Below, piece after piece: positions 9,996-19,990 of a stretch of DNA of 64,000 nucleotides; the stretch's first letter is position 1; each line of letters starts with the position of its first letter. The notes beneath the pieces are model-generated. The model saw only the letters and a program-made list of their open reading frames with translations. It was not told where the DNA came from and made no database searches. Position numbers and translations under genes: made by a program. This DNA is from Pseudomonadota bacterium (GTDB taxonomy: Bacteria > Pseudomonadota > Gammaproteobacteria > JAKAQQ01): positions 28,533 through 92,532 of the forward strand of contig DAHWSH010000052.1 in NCBI GenBank assembly GCA_027338645.1. Direction: 5' to 3'.

Positions 9996-10031
9996 CTTGG
10001 GTTTCGAGTGTGAGCGCGCTAGGCTATAATC
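9996..10031 (+). promoter_or_regulatory. Putative sigma-70 promoter for the adaptor/ABC operon
   Basis: Perfect TATAAT at about 10026-10031, with a weak -35 (TTCGAG) 16 nt upstream, roughly 55 nt before the adaptor ATG. Confidence 0.25.
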
Positions 10032-10084
10032 CACCCGCAACCCGACGGGAGCAGGTGTTCCCGCCCCCAGCCCAACCGGTGCCC

Positions 10085-11329
10085 ATGGATAAAGAAGAGG
10101 CCTTGGCGTCCCTCAGTTACAAAAGCCCGGCTCCGGCTCGCACCCCAGTCAAGCGCTCCGGCGCCCGGGGGCGGCTTTTTGCCCTGATCGCTGGAGTCCT
10201 GGCCGGTCTCGCACTCCTGGCCCTGGGTTTCCGGTGGATCCAACCCCCCTCCCCTCCCCTGCCTCCGGAGGTCCGGATCCTGGAAATCTCCTCCCCCCAT
10301 GCCCCGGGTACGGTCCTCCTCAGTGCCGCAGGCTACGTCGTGGCCCGGAGAGAAACCACCGTCTCCTCCCGGATCACCGGCATGATCCGTGCCGTCTATG
10401 TCCAGGAGGGTATGGCAGTCCGGCACCACCAGGTGCTGGCCCGGCTCGAATCGCATACGGCAACGGCTCAGGTCGCGCTCTCCCGGCGCCAGCTCGCAGC
10501 CGACCGGGCCCAGATGCTCTCGGTCGAGGCCCAGCTCCATCTCGACCGCAAAAACCTGGCCCGGATCCGTGCCATCTTCAACGAAGGGCTCGAAAGCCAT
10601 TCCGCACTCGATAGTGCGGAAGCCGCCGTGGCCATCGACCAGGCCACCCTCCGCGAGGATGGAGCCAATGCCGAGGCGGCCGCGGCCAGTCTGCGCCTGT
10701 CGCGGCTCGTCCTACGTCATACGGTGATCCGGGCTCCGTTCTCCGGGATCGTGACAGCCAAGTATGCCCATCGTGGGGAGATGATCTCGCCAGCTGCGGT
10801 CGGGGGCTTCACGAAGACCGGCATTTGCCAGCTGGTCGACATGCACTCTCTCGAGATGGACGTGGATGTCAACGAGTCGTTCATCAACCGGGTCAAAGCC
10901 GGCCAGCCGGCCCAGGTCGGACTCAGCGCCTACCCCAACTGGAAGATCCCGGCCCGGGTCATCAGCGTCGTACCCACGGCCAACAAGGACAAGGGAACCG
11001 TGAAGGTGCGGGTGGCCTTCGACCGGCTCGACCCCAAAATCCTGCCGGAGATGTCCGGCGAGGTCTATTTCCTTTCCCGGCCGACCGAAAGCCAGTCCCT
11101 GAAAGGGCCGGCCACGATCCTCCCGGCCGGCGCCGTCTCCGGTCTTCCGACCCACCCCACCGTCTTCCAGGTCGTCGATGGACGCGTCTTCCGGACACCG
11201 ATCCGGATTCTCGGCCATCCGGATCCCGGCCGGCTCGCGGTCACGGGATTGTCCCGGGGCGCAGATCTCGTGATCCAAAGCCCGGTCTCACTGCACAATG
11301 GCGAACGCGTCCGCGTGCGCCACTCCTAA
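10085..11329 (+). CDS. Efflux periplasmic adaptor subunit (HlyD/MacA family membrane fusion protein)
   Basis: N-terminal TM segment, biotinyl-lipoyl-like and coiled-coil regions, C-terminal beta-barrel. ATG at 10085 chosen inside the longer 10010 ORF. Confidence 0.7.
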   Translation: MDKEEALASLSYKSPAPARTPVKRSGARGRLFALIAGVLAGLALLALGFRWIQPPSPPLPPEVRILEISSPHAPGTVLLSAAGYVVARRETTVSSRITGMIRAVYVQEGMAVRHHQVLARLESHTATAQVALSRRQLAADRAQMLSVEAQLHLDRKNLARIRAIFNEGLESHSALDSAEAAVAIDQATLREDGANAEAAAASLRLSRLVLRHTVIRAPFSGIVTAKYAHRGEMISPAAVGGFTKTGICQLVDMHSLEMDVDVNESFINRVKAGQPAQVGLSAYPNWKIPARVISVVPTANKDKGTVKVRVAFDRLDPKILPEMSGEVYFLSRPTESQSLKGPATILPAGAVSGLPTHPTVFQVVDGRVFRTPIRILGHPDPGRLAVTGLSRGADLVIQSPVSLHNGERVRVRHS

Positions 11330-11353
11330 AGAATCCACCTGAGGATACCGGTC

Positions 11354-12058
11354 ATGAGCAGTGTTCCCCCTCCTGCCATCCAGATGACCGAAGTCAGCAA
11401 ACACTACCGGCGCGGGGATGAGACCGTCCACGTGCTCGATCACTTCACGCTGACCGTGGAACCGGAAGCCTTCGTGGCCCTGATGGCACCCTCCGGCTCC
11501 GGCAAATCGACCTTGCTCAACCTGGTGGGCGGGCTGGACCGACCCGATTCGGGGCGGATCGAGATTGCAGGGACCGACCTCGCGACCCTGAACGAGGCGG
11601 CGCTCACCCGCTGGCGTGCCCGCAACTTGGGGTTCATCTTTCAGCTTTATTACCTGATTCCGGTTTTATCCGCAGCCCGCAACGTCGAGCTCCCCCTCCT
11701 GCTTTTGCCCCTCAGCCGGGAGGAACGTCACCGTCGCGTCGAGGCGGCGCTCACCCTGGCGGGGCTCCCGGCGGAACGACACCGTTTCCGGCCGACCGAA
11801 CTCTCCGGCGGACAGCAACAGCGGGTGGCTATCGCCCGGGCCATCGTGACCGACCCTCCCCTGCTCCTCTGCGATGAGCCGACCGGTGACCTCGACCGCA
11901 GCGCCGGGGATGAGATCCTGAACCTCCTCCAGACCCTGAATGAGCGCCTCCGGAAGACCATCGTCATGGTGACCCACGATCCCCATGCCGCGACCTTTGC
12001 CAGCCGCCGGATCGATCTGGACAAGGGCCTCGTCGGCGAACGGCGGCCGGCCACATGA
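11354..12058 (+). CDS. ABC transporter ATP-binding protein (MacB/LolD-like ATPase)
   Basis: Walker A APSGSGKST, ABC signature LSGGQQQRV, Walker B LLLCDEPTGDLD. Confidence 0.85.
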   Translation: MSSVPPPAIQMTEVSKHYRRGDETVHVLDHFTLTVEPEAFVALMAPSGSGKSTLLNLVGGLDRPDSGRIEIAGTDLATLNEAALTRWRARNLGFIFQLYYLIPVLSAARNVELPLLLLPLSREERHRRVEAALTLAGLPAERHRFRPTELSGGQQQRVAIARAIVTDPPLLLCDEPTGDLDRSAGDEILNLLQTLNERLRKTIVMVTHDPHAATFASRRIDLDKGLVGERRPAT

Positions 12059-13221
12059 AATCCCCCCTTCGTTTCAGCCCGCTGGTGCTCTCGGCCCTGC
12101 GCCGTCACCGGCTCCGGACCTGGCTCACGATCCTCTCCGTACTCATCGCCTTTCTGCTCTTCGGACTGCTCCAGGCGCTCAACCAGGCCTTCTACGGCGG
12201 GATCAAAAGCGCGGGTCGCAGGATTCTGGTCTCGATGAGCGCCGAGTCGTTGGTCGAGCCGCTTCCCCGGGCCTATGCCGCCGAGGTCGCTGCCATGAAG
12301 CAGGTGCGCCGCGTGGCCTACGAGGTCTGGATGGGTGGCTATTACCAGCACCACAACCAGATTCTCTACGCGCTCGCCGTCTCACCGCGGCGCTGGCTGG
12401 CCGAGGAACGCCGATTCCTCATCCTGGCACCCCGGCGGGAATCCGCCTGGCTCAAGGATCGCTCGGGTGCCTTGATCGGCAACCTCGTGGCCCGGACCTA
12501 CGGCTGGAAGACGGGCGAGATCGTGCCCATGCGCTCCGACATCTGGATCCATCCGGACGGACGGAACACCTGGCCGGTCCGGATCGACGGCATTTTCAGT
12601 TCCACCAAAAAGGCCTTGGGAGAAGGCCTGCTCGTCCACTACCGCTACTGGAATGACGGCATGGGGAACCCGAACAATGTCAGTCTGCTCCGGATCGAGG
12701 TCTCCCATCTCCGGGATCTCGGCCATGTGGCGCGGTCCATCGACGCCCGTTTCGCGAACTCTCCCTATCCGACCCGTACCGCCAGCGCCCAGACTTTTAT
12801 CAAGGACTTCATCAACCAGACCGCCGATATCGGTGTCATCATCGAGGACATCCTGGCCGCCGTTTTCTTCACCATGCTGCTCGTCACCGCCAACACCCTG
12901 ACCCGCTCGGTCCGCGAGCGGAGCGGCGAGATCGCGGTGCTCCAGACGCAGGGCTACTCCCGTCCGCTCATCTTTTCCCTGATCCTGGCCGAAGCCCTGG
13001 TTCTGGTCATGGTCGGCGCACTCGCCGGAATCGGCCTTGCGGCCCTGATCGTCCAGGGCCTCCGGGGGGCGCTTGAAGCCTACCTCCCCTACCTGGCCCT
13101 GACGAGGCAGGCGATCCTCATGGCCCTGGGCCTGGCGCTCGGCTTTGCCGCCTTATCTTCGCTTCTTCCCGTTCTCCAGGTCCAAAGGCTCAGGACGGTC
13201 GACGCTTTGAGGCGGGGCTAG
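12055..13221 (+). CDS. ABC transporter permease, FtsX/MacB-type (TM, large periplasmic domain, 3 TM)
   Basis: 388 aa. Overlaps the ATPase stop by 4 nt. C-terminal FtsX-like TM bundle. Confidence 0.8.
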   Translation: MKSPLRFSPLVLSALRRHRLRTWLTILSVLIAFLLFGLLQALNQAFYGGIKSAGRRILVSMSAESLVEPLPRAYAAEVAAMKQVRRVAYEVWMGGYYQHHNQILYALAVSPRRWLAEERRFLILAPRRESAWLKDRSGALIGNLVARTYGWKTGEIVPMRSDIWIHPDGRNTWPVRIDGIFSSTKKALGEGLLVHYRYWNDGMGNPNNVSLLRIEVSHLRDLGHVARSIDARFANSPYPTRTASAQTFIKDFINQTADIGVIIEDILAAVFFTMLLVTANTLTRSVRERSGEIAVLQTQGYSRPLIFSLILAEALVLVMVGALAGIGLAALIVQGLRGALEAYLPYLALTRQAILMALGLALGFAALSSLLPVLQVQRLRTVDALRRG

Positions 13222-13224
13222 GCC

Positions 13225-14406
13225 ATGCGCTTTTTCCGCGAAATCTGGGCACTCCTCCGGATCAGCATCAAAAGCCTGCCGCGCCGGCTGGACGTGGTCC
13301 TGGTCGCCGTGGCCGGGTTTGCCGGCGTGGTCCTGGTCCTCGTGGCCGTGCTGTCGATCGGCCAGGGGTTCAAGCGGACCCTGACGGCAACCGGCGTCCC
13401 CGATGTCGCCCTGGTCCTCCGGAAGGGAACCGGGGCCGAGCTCTCGAGCAACCTCACCCTGAACGACACGGAAGTGATCGGCGGCGAGTCCGGGGTCGCC
13501 ATGGGCCCTCACGGTCCTCTGGTCTCACCCGAACTCCTGGTCGTGATCAATCGCCGCAAACGGGGGAGCCGGGTGGAAACGAACGTGCCCTTCCGCGGCG
13601 TGGGTCCCGCCGCATTCGTCCTCCACCCGCACGTCCATCTCGTGGCCGGCCGGCTGTTCCGCCCGGGACTGAACGAGGTCATCGTGGGCCGGAGCGCGTC
13701 CAGGAGCTTTGCAGGACTCGCACTCGGCGACCATTTCAGGAGCGGTCATCTGCTCTGGCATGTGGTCGGCATCTTCAGTGACAATGGGGGGATCCACAGT
13801 TCCGAGATCTGGACCGACCTGCCGACTCTCGAGGGGGCCTACCAGCGCGGAGACAACTACAGCGCGCTCTACGTCCGCCTCCGGAAGAGGTCGGATTACG
13901 CCCGCTTCCGCGCCGCCGTCGAACACGATCCCCGGCTCGATGTCCGGGTCGAACCCGAAATGAGGTACTTTGCCAAGCAGGCTGAAACTCTCTCGAAGTT
14001 TATCGATGTCGCAGGCACCATCCTCCTGGTCCTGATGGGCCTGGGCGCCATCTTCGCCGCCCTGAATACCATGTACGCCGTCGTGGCCGACCGCAGCCGG
14101 GAAATCGCCACCCTGCGTATCCTGGGTTATACCCGGCTTCCGGTTCTCGTGGCTGTTCTCCTGGAAAGCCTCCTCTTTGCCGCAGCCGGCGGCCTGGCCG
14201 GTGCCCTCCTCGCCTATTTCGCGTTCAACGGCTATGAGGCCTCGACCCTGGCCAACTTCTCCCAGATCGTCTTCCGTTTCCGGGTGAGCCCAAGCCTCAT
14301 GGGCACCGGCATCGTCGATGCCCTGATTCTGGGCTTCCTGGGCGGGATCGCCCCGGCCCTGCGCGCCGCCCGCCGGCCACCTGCAGAGGCCGTGAGAACC
14401 CTGTGA
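13225..14406 (+). CDS. Second ABC transporter permease, FtsX/MacB-type
   Basis: 393 aa paralogue immediately downstream, with the same architecture. Confidence 0.8.
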   Translation: MRFFREIWALLRISIKSLPRRLDVVLVAVAGFAGVVLVLVAVLSIGQGFKRTLTATGVPDVALVLRKGTGAELSSNLTLNDTEVIGGESGVAMGPHGPLVSPELLVVINRRKRGSRVETNVPFRGVGPAAFVLHPHVHLVAGRLFRPGLNEVIVGRSASRSFAGLALGDHFRSGHLLWHVVGIFSDNGGIHSSEIWTDLPTLEGAYQRGDNYSALYVRLRKRSDYARFRAAVEHDPRLDVRVEPEMRYFAKQAETLSKFIDVAGTILLVLMGLGAIFAALNTMYAVVADRSREIATLRILGYTRLPVLVAVLLESLLFAAAGGLAGALLAYFAFNGYEASTLANFSQIVFRFRVSPSLMGTGIVDALILGFLGGIAPALRAARRPPAEAVRTL

Positions 14407-15980
14407 ATACCCCGGCCACCCCATCTCCGGTGACGGTCAGCGACGAGGAGATGCTCGAGCGCAAGTACGACTACTTTCTTCCCCGGATGGTGGTTCCCCA
14501 GGTGGCGGTTCTCGCCATCGGCCTGCTCGAGGGCTTTTTGGTCTGGAACCTGGTACAGGCGCGATACCTGCTCTGGCTGACCCTGCTCATCCTGGTCACC
14601 GGTTACCGCTTCTCGCTCATCTACCGCTACCGCCACCAGACGCCCGAGTCCCGCTGGCCCACGGCCTTCTGGCATCGGCGGCTTCTGGTCGGAACCTTCG
14701 CCACCGGACTGGTCATCTCCATGGCCTGGTGGCTTACCTGGCCCCGCATCCACCCGTTCGTGGGCTTTGCGAACCTCCTCATCCTCTTCGGCCTCATCAC
14801 GGGGGCCTCGAGTTCCGACTTCTGGATGAAGTGGGGACTCCGCCTCTTTATCGCCCCAATCCTCGCGAGCGTCGAACTCATTTTTACCCTGCGGGTGATC
14901 CCCCATTTCTGGATCGATACCCTGCTCCTCCTCCTTTTCGCGGTCGGCATCGACCGGGTGGCCCGCTTCACCGACAAGGGTTATTGCCAGAACCTCCTGC
15001 TTACCCTCCAAACCGAGAAGATCACGGAAGACCTGAACGAAACCAATCGACTGCTTGAGACCGAGCTCAGCCTCCGCCAGGCGGCCGAGCAGCGGATCCG
15101 GCAAAACGAGCGCGAACTCACGGTTCTCTTTGACTCGATCCCCCTGTTCCTCGCCTATGTGACCCCGGAGCTGGAGTTCCGGCGGGTCAACCGAACACTC
15201 GCCGACCACCTCGGGGATCCGGCGGCCGGAATTCCGACGCCGGACCCGGTCCAGCTCTTCGGTGCCGAACAGTATGCCCGGCTCGAACCCCATTTCCGGC
15301 GAGTGGTCCAGGGGGAAACGGTCCAGGCGCTCCCGGTCGCGCTCACCGGAGGCGAATTCGAGGAGCGGCATTTCCTGGCCCAGTGCATCCCGGTCGACCC
15401 GGAACAGGTTCCGACCGAGTTCATCCTGGTCCTCACGGACGTGACCAGCCTCAAGACTTCCGAGTTGCGCCTGCGCGAGGAGGCTCACAAGGACCCACTC
15501 ACCGGACTCGGCAACCGGCGTTTCTTCACCCTCCTGTTCGAAGAAGTCTGCCGGAACAGCGACAGCGACCACCCCACCACCCTCCTGTTCCTCGACCTCG
15601 ATGGGTTCAAAGCCGTGAATGACCAGATCGGCCATGCGGGAGGGGATGCCATCCTTCAGGCACTCGCCACATTCCTCGTGCAGTCGGTCCGGAAGACCGA
15701 CCGGGTCTTTCGCCTCGGAGGTGACGAGCTTGCGATCCTTTTGGACGGGATCCGGACCGGACCCGCAGATCGCATCATCCAGACCATCCTCGCACAATCG
15801 ACCGAGATCCTGAAGCCACTCGCGGCGCCAGCCTTCCCGCCGACCCTGAGTATCGGTGCCGTCGTACTCGATGCGCCGGGATTCCCGGCCGCGCGGTGGA
15901 TGGAAGCGGCCGACCAGGCCCTCTACCGGGCCAAGCGGCTCGGGGGCCACCGCTGCGTCTGGAGCCCGGAGAGTTCATGA
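14403..15980 (+). CDS. Membrane-anchored PAS-GGDEF (diguanylate cyclase family) protein with variant GGDEL motif
   Basis: 525 aa with about 6 N-terminal TM helices, a PAS-like region and a GGDEF domain (LTGLGNRR...FLDLDGFKAVND...RLGGDELAILL). Start overlaps the preceding permease stop by 4 nt. Confidence 0.8.
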   Translation: MNTPATPSPVTVSDEEMLERKYDYFLPRMVVPQVAVLAIGLLEGFLVWNLVQARYLLWLTLLILVTGYRFSLIYRYRHQTPESRWPTAFWHRRLLVGTFATGLVISMAWWLTWPRIHPFVGFANLLILFGLITGASSSDFWMKWGLRLFIAPILASVELIFTLRVIPHFWIDTLLLLLFAVGIDRVARFTDKGYCQNLLLTLQTEKITEDLNETNRLLETELSLRQAAEQRIRQNERELTVLFDSIPLFLAYVTPELEFRRVNRTLADHLGDPAAGIPTPDPVQLFGAEQYARLEPHFRRVVQGETVQALPVALTGGEFEERHFLAQCIPVDPEQVPTEFILVLTDVTSLKTSELRLREEAHKDPLTGLGNRRFFTLLFEEVCRNSDSDHPTTLLFLDLDGFKAVNDQIGHAGGDAILQALATFLVQSVRKTDRVFRLGGDELAILLDGIRTGPADRIIQTILAQSTEILKPLAAPAFPPTLSIGAVVLDAPGFPAARWMEAADQALYRAKRLGGHRCVWSPESS

Positions 15981-16074
15981 CCTGAGCCGGTCGACTCCCG
16001 GACCGGTCCGGAGGTATCATCGGGATGCGTGCGGGAGCCCCCCGTCGTTTTGTGTTCCGCATCCGGAGACCGAC

Positions 16075-19000
16075 ATGCCGAAGCCGACCGTCCCCCACCG
16101 TCCCTCGCCGATCTCGAACCCGCTGGCCTTCCTGGCCGTGCTCCTGCTTCTTTCCGGGCCGGCCCTGGCCCCCGCCAAGGCTTCCCTCATGCCCCCGATC
16201 CTCTACAACCGCCTGCGCTGGCGTTTCGTCGGTCCCTACCGGGGCGGCTGGGTGACCACCGTGGCCGGCATCCCCGGACGGCGTAACACTTACTATATCG
16301 GGACGGCCGACGGAGGCCTGTTCGTCACCCACGACAGTGGACGAACCTGGCAGCCCCTCTTCCAGCACCAAGCGGTTTCCTCGATCGGGGCCATCGCGGT
16401 GGCGCCCTCCGACCCCAAAATCCTCTACGCCGGAACCGGCCAGGCAGGGCTTCGCTCCGACATGTCTTTCGGTGACGGCATCTACCGCTCGGACAATAGC
16501 GGCCGCACCTGGAAGTGGATTGGTCTCAAGTCGAGCCAGCATATCGCGGACATTTCGGTGGCACCCCACCACCCGAACCGGGTTTTGGTCGCGGTTTTGG
16601 GCCATGCCTTCGGTCCTAACCGGGAACGGGGGGTTTTTCTGACCACGAATGGGGGGCGGAGCTGGAAGAAAACCCTCTACGTGAACCCGAACCTCGGCGC
16701 CATCGATCTGATCCGTGATCCCTCCCGGCCGAATCTCGTCTATGCCGCACTCTGGAATTTCCGCTTCCCGTTCTACGGCCATTATGGCGTACTGAATGGT
16801 CCCGGGGGCGGACTCTGGCGCTCCGACAACGGCGGGGTGACCTGGAAGCGCCTGCCGGACCTCGGGCTGCCCCGGCGGGATCTCGGCCGCATCGGCCTCG
16901 CCATCGTTCCCGGCTCCAAGGGCCGGGAGCTCTACGCCCTGGTCGGTGCCCACCGGGGCGGGCTCTTCCGCTCGACCGATGGCGGCCGTCTTTGGTCGGT
17001 CGTCAACCGGGATCCCCGCCTCTGGGGCGGCGACTGGTATTTCGGGGAAATCAACTCGGATCCCGGTCATCCCGGAACCCTCTTCGTCATGAACACCGCC
17101 TTCTACGAGTCCACGGACGGTGGACGTCATTTCGTCTCCATCAAGGGGTCGCCGAGCGGGGATGACTTCCACACCCTGTGGATCGATCCCCAAAACCCGC
17201 GCCGGATGATCGTGGGCGCCGATCAGGGCGCATCGATCAGCGTGGATGGCGGACTGACCTGGAGCTCCTGGTACAACCAGCCGACCGCCCAGATCTACCA
17301 TGTGGCGACGGACAACCGTTTTCCCTTCCGGATCTACGGCACCCAGCAGGACTCCGGGAGCATCGGCATTCGCAGCCGTGATTTCCGCGGCTTCATCAGC
17401 AACCATTCCTGGTATTCGACGGCGGGGGGCGAAGCCGGCTATGTGCTGCCCGACCCCGCGAACCCCGACATCATCTATGGTTCGAGCATCGTGGGGAGCG
17501 TCTCTCGCGACAATCTCTACACCCACGAGTCCGTCAACATCTCGCCCTGGCCGGTACCCGCCTACGGGGTCCCCCCCTGGCGGCTGCGCTACCGCTTTCC
17601 CTTCAACACGGCCCTAGCCCTCTCGCCCCGTAACCCCGATGTGCTTTATGCCGGTGCCCAGGTGATTTTCCGCTCGTCCAACCAGGGACAGAGTTGGCGG
17701 GTGATCAGTCCGGATCTGGCCCGCACCCGGCGGCCGACCCGGCTGCCGCAAGATGCGGTGCCGGTCACTCTCAAGAACGCGACGGCCTTGGGATACGGGG
17801 TGGTCTACACGATCGATCCCTCCCCCATCCGCAAGGGTGAAATCTGGGCAGGGACCACGAATGGACGGGTCTGGGTCACCCAGGACGGCGGACGCCACTG
17901 GCGAGACGTGACACCGACGGGACTCCCGGCCTGGACCCGGATCGAAAACATCGCCCCCTCTCCCTTCAACCCCGCCGTGGCTTACCTCTCGGCCAATCGC
18001 CACCGGCTCGACGATTTCCGGCCCTTCCTCTATGTAACCCAGGATTTCGGCCGTCACTGGAAGAGCATCACGCAGGGCATCCCGGCTCCGGCTTACCTTC
18101 ACGTCATCCGACCCGACCCCATCCGCCGGGGGCTGCTTTATGCCGGAACCGAAACCGGCTTTTACCTCTCTTTTGACAATGGCCGCCATTGGCAACCCTT
18201 CCAGGAGAACCTGCCCACCGTTTCCGTCCGCGACATCGCGATCCACGGCAACTCGCTCGTGATCGCGACCCACGGACGGGGCTTCTGGATGATCGACGAT
18301 CTCGCTCCCCTGCGCGAGATCCGCTCGGAGTGGGTCCATCGTCCACTCGTCCTCGAAAAGCCGGCTCCGGCCTACCGACTCCGGCGCACCCTCTACCGCG
18401 ATGAGCCATTCCCGCCGGAGACTCCTCATGCCCGGAACCCGGCAACCGGGGTTGTGATCGATTACTTCCTCGGCCGCAAACCGACCGCTCCCCTCGTGCT
18501 CACGATCCGGACCCTCGACGGAAAACTGATCCGGCGCTACACGAGCACCATGCACTTTCCTGCTCCGCCACCTGCACCCTTTCCCAAACTCTGGATCGAG
18601 CGGCAAAAGGCTCCCACCGTCCGGGTCGGCCTGAACCGTTTCGTCTGGCACCTGAGAGCGACTCCCCCGGAAGCCATCCGGCACGCGTACCAGGGCCCGG
18701 GGCTCTACCACAACACGCCGATCACCCCTCGCGGGCCCATCGTTCCCCCCGGGCGATACCGGCTCAGCGTCCGCATCGGCGCCCTCCACGCCACCACCCG
18801 GTTTCTGGTGCTCGCCGACCCGCGCGTCCATCTCGGGGCGGCAGGCTACGCGATCCAGTACCGGGTCGCCCGGAGGCTCGCTCGCGATCTCACCCAAGAC
18901 ACCCGGGCGTTCCGGGCGGCCAAAAGCCGACTCCATGCGCTCGCTGCCCACGGGGCACCGGCCAAAAAGCAGCTCACGCTGCAGCACCTGATCCGGCATC

Positions 19001-19143
19001 TCGCGGTATTGAACGGAGAGTTCGGTTTCCTCATGGGGACCATCGAAGGAACGGATGCCGTTCCCACCCAGCCGGAAATGCAGGAGATGCACCGATCCGA
19101 GATCCGTTTGGAAAAAGTCCAGGCGGCGCTGCGCCGGGTCTGA
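16075..19143 (+). CDS. Secreted BNR/Asp-box repeat protein with two beta-propeller-like halves (Vps10/sortilin-like, GH74-like)
   Basis: 1022 aa from the ATG that precedes a signal peptide (LAFLAVLLLLSGPALAPAKA). Many S-x-D-G-G-x-T-W Asp-box repeats (SGRTW, GGRSW, GGVTW, GGRLW, GGRHW). Confidence 0.6.
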   Translation: MPKPTVPHRPSPISNPLAFLAVLLLLSGPALAPAKASLMPPILYNRLRWRFVGPYRGGWVTTVAGIPGRRNTYYIGTADGGLFVTHDSGRTWQPLFQHQAVSSIGAIAVAPSDPKILYAGTGQAGLRSDMSFGDGIYRSDNSGRTWKWIGLKSSQHIADISVAPHHPNRVLVAVLGHAFGPNRERGVFLTTNGGRSWKKTLYVNPNLGAIDLIRDPSRPNLVYAALWNFRFPFYGHYGVLNGPGGGLWRSDNGGVTWKRLPDLGLPRRDLGRIGLAIVPGSKGRELYALVGAHRGGLFRSTDGGRLWSVVNRDPRLWGGDWYFGEINSDPGHPGTLFVMNTAFYESTDGGRHFVSIKGSPSGDDFHTLWIDPQNPRRMIVGADQGASISVDGGLTWSSWYNQPTAQIYHVATDNRFPFRIYGTQQDSGSIGIRSRDFRGFISNHSWYSTAGGEAGYVLPDPANPDIIYGSSIVGSVSRDNLYTHESVNISPWPVPAYGVPPWRLRYRFPFNTALALSPRNPDVLYAGAQVIFRSSNQGQSWRVISPDLARTRRPTRLPQDAVPVTLKNATALGYGVVYTIDPSPIRKGEIWAGTTNGRVWVTQDGGRHWRDVTPTGLPAWTRIENIAPSPFNPAVAYLSANRHRLDDFRPFLYVTQDFGRHWKSITQGIPAPAYLHVIRPDPIRRGLLYAGTETGFYLSFDNGRHWQPFQENLPTVSVRDIAIHGNSLVIATHGRGFWMIDDLAPLREIRSEWVHRPLVLEKPAPAYRLRRTLYRDEPFPPETPHARNPATGVVIDYFLGRKPTAPLVLTIRTLDGKLIRRYTSTMHFPAPPPAPFPKLWIERQKAPTVRVGLNRFVWHLRATPPEAIRHAYQGPGLYHNTPITPRGPIVPPGRYRLSVRIGALHATTRFLVLADPRVHLGAAGYAIQYRVARRLARDLTQDTRAFRAAKSRLHALAAHGAPAKKQLTLQHLIRHLAVLNGEFGFLMGTIEGTDAVPTQPEMQEMHRSEIRLEKVQAALRRV

Positions 19144-19150
19144 AACGCTC

Positions 19151-19190
19151 GCCGCGCGCGGGGGGAGCCCATGCGATCCCGGCGCGCGGC
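19151..19190. terminator. GC-rich inverted repeat between convergent genes (possible bidirectional terminator)
   Basis: Arms GCCGCGCGCGGGG and CCCGGCGCGCGGC with one mismatch and a 14-nt loop. Lies between the stops of the BNR protein and the O-methyltransferase. No U-tract on either side. Confidence 0.3.
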
Positions 19191-19214
19191 GCGATCGGTG
19201 AGCTGCGCTGCGCG

Positions 19215-19889
19215 CTAGGGATCGGTGGGTAGTCGCTTACGGACGAGCGTCACGCCATCCCCGATGGGGACCAGGGTCAGGTCGACCCGCGGATCTCCCA
19301 AAAGCGTGGCGTTGAGCTCCCGGATGGCTTGGGTGTCTTCCGTCTCATCTCTCGGATCGGCGACCGCTCCTCCCCAAAGGACATTATCGATGGCCACGAG
19401 GCCGCCCGGACGGAGCAGGGTCAAAGATGCCTCGTAGTAATGACGGTAGTTGACCTTGTCGGCATCGATGAAGACCCAGTCATAGCTTCCGGCCTGCGTC
19501 CGGACGAGTTCGGCAAGATGATCCCGGGCCTTCCCCAGCCGAAGATCGATGCGCTCTTCCACGCCTGCGGCCCGCCAATAGCGACGGGCCACAGCCGTAT
19601 AATCCTCGCTGATATCCAGGGCGGTGAGCCGTCCATCGGCAGGCAGTGCCAAGGCGACCGCCAGGCTGCTGTAACCGGTGAAGACGCCGATTTCGAGGCA
19701 ACGCCGGGCTCCCATGAGACGCACCAGGAAAGCCAGGAACTGACCCTCCTCCGGCGCGATCTGCATCGAATGCCGGGGGTGACGTGCGGTTTCCTCGCGT
19801 AGCGCCCGGAGCAGCTCGGGCTCGCGCAGCGATTGATTTCTGAGGTATTGATAGAGCTCAGGGGTTAGGGCAAGGGTCTGGTTACTCAT
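19215..19889 (-). CDS. Class I SAM-dependent O-methyltransferase (caffeoyl-CoA OMT / YrrM-like)
   Basis: 224 aa with LEIGVFTGYSSLAVA SAM-binding motif and VFIDADK. Confidence 0.8.
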   Translation of the reverse strand: MSNQTLALTPELYQYLRNQSLREPELLRALREETARHPRHSMQIAPEEGQFLAFLVRLMGARRCLEIGVFTGYSSLAVALALPADGRLTALDISEDYTAVARRYWRAAGVEERIDLRLGKARDHLAELVRTQAGSYDWVFIDADKVNYRHYYEASLTLLRPGGLVAIDNVLWGGAVADPRDETEDTQAIRELNATLLGDPRVDLTLVPIGDGVTLVRKRLPTDP

Positions 19890-19990
19890 TCGGGCACCTC
19901 TCCGCTTGAGTCCATGCTCACGCCAACCCCCCGCCGGGTCCGGTCAATGGCTGCCCGGCACGCCTCCCCAGGGTGCCGTGATCGAGGACC

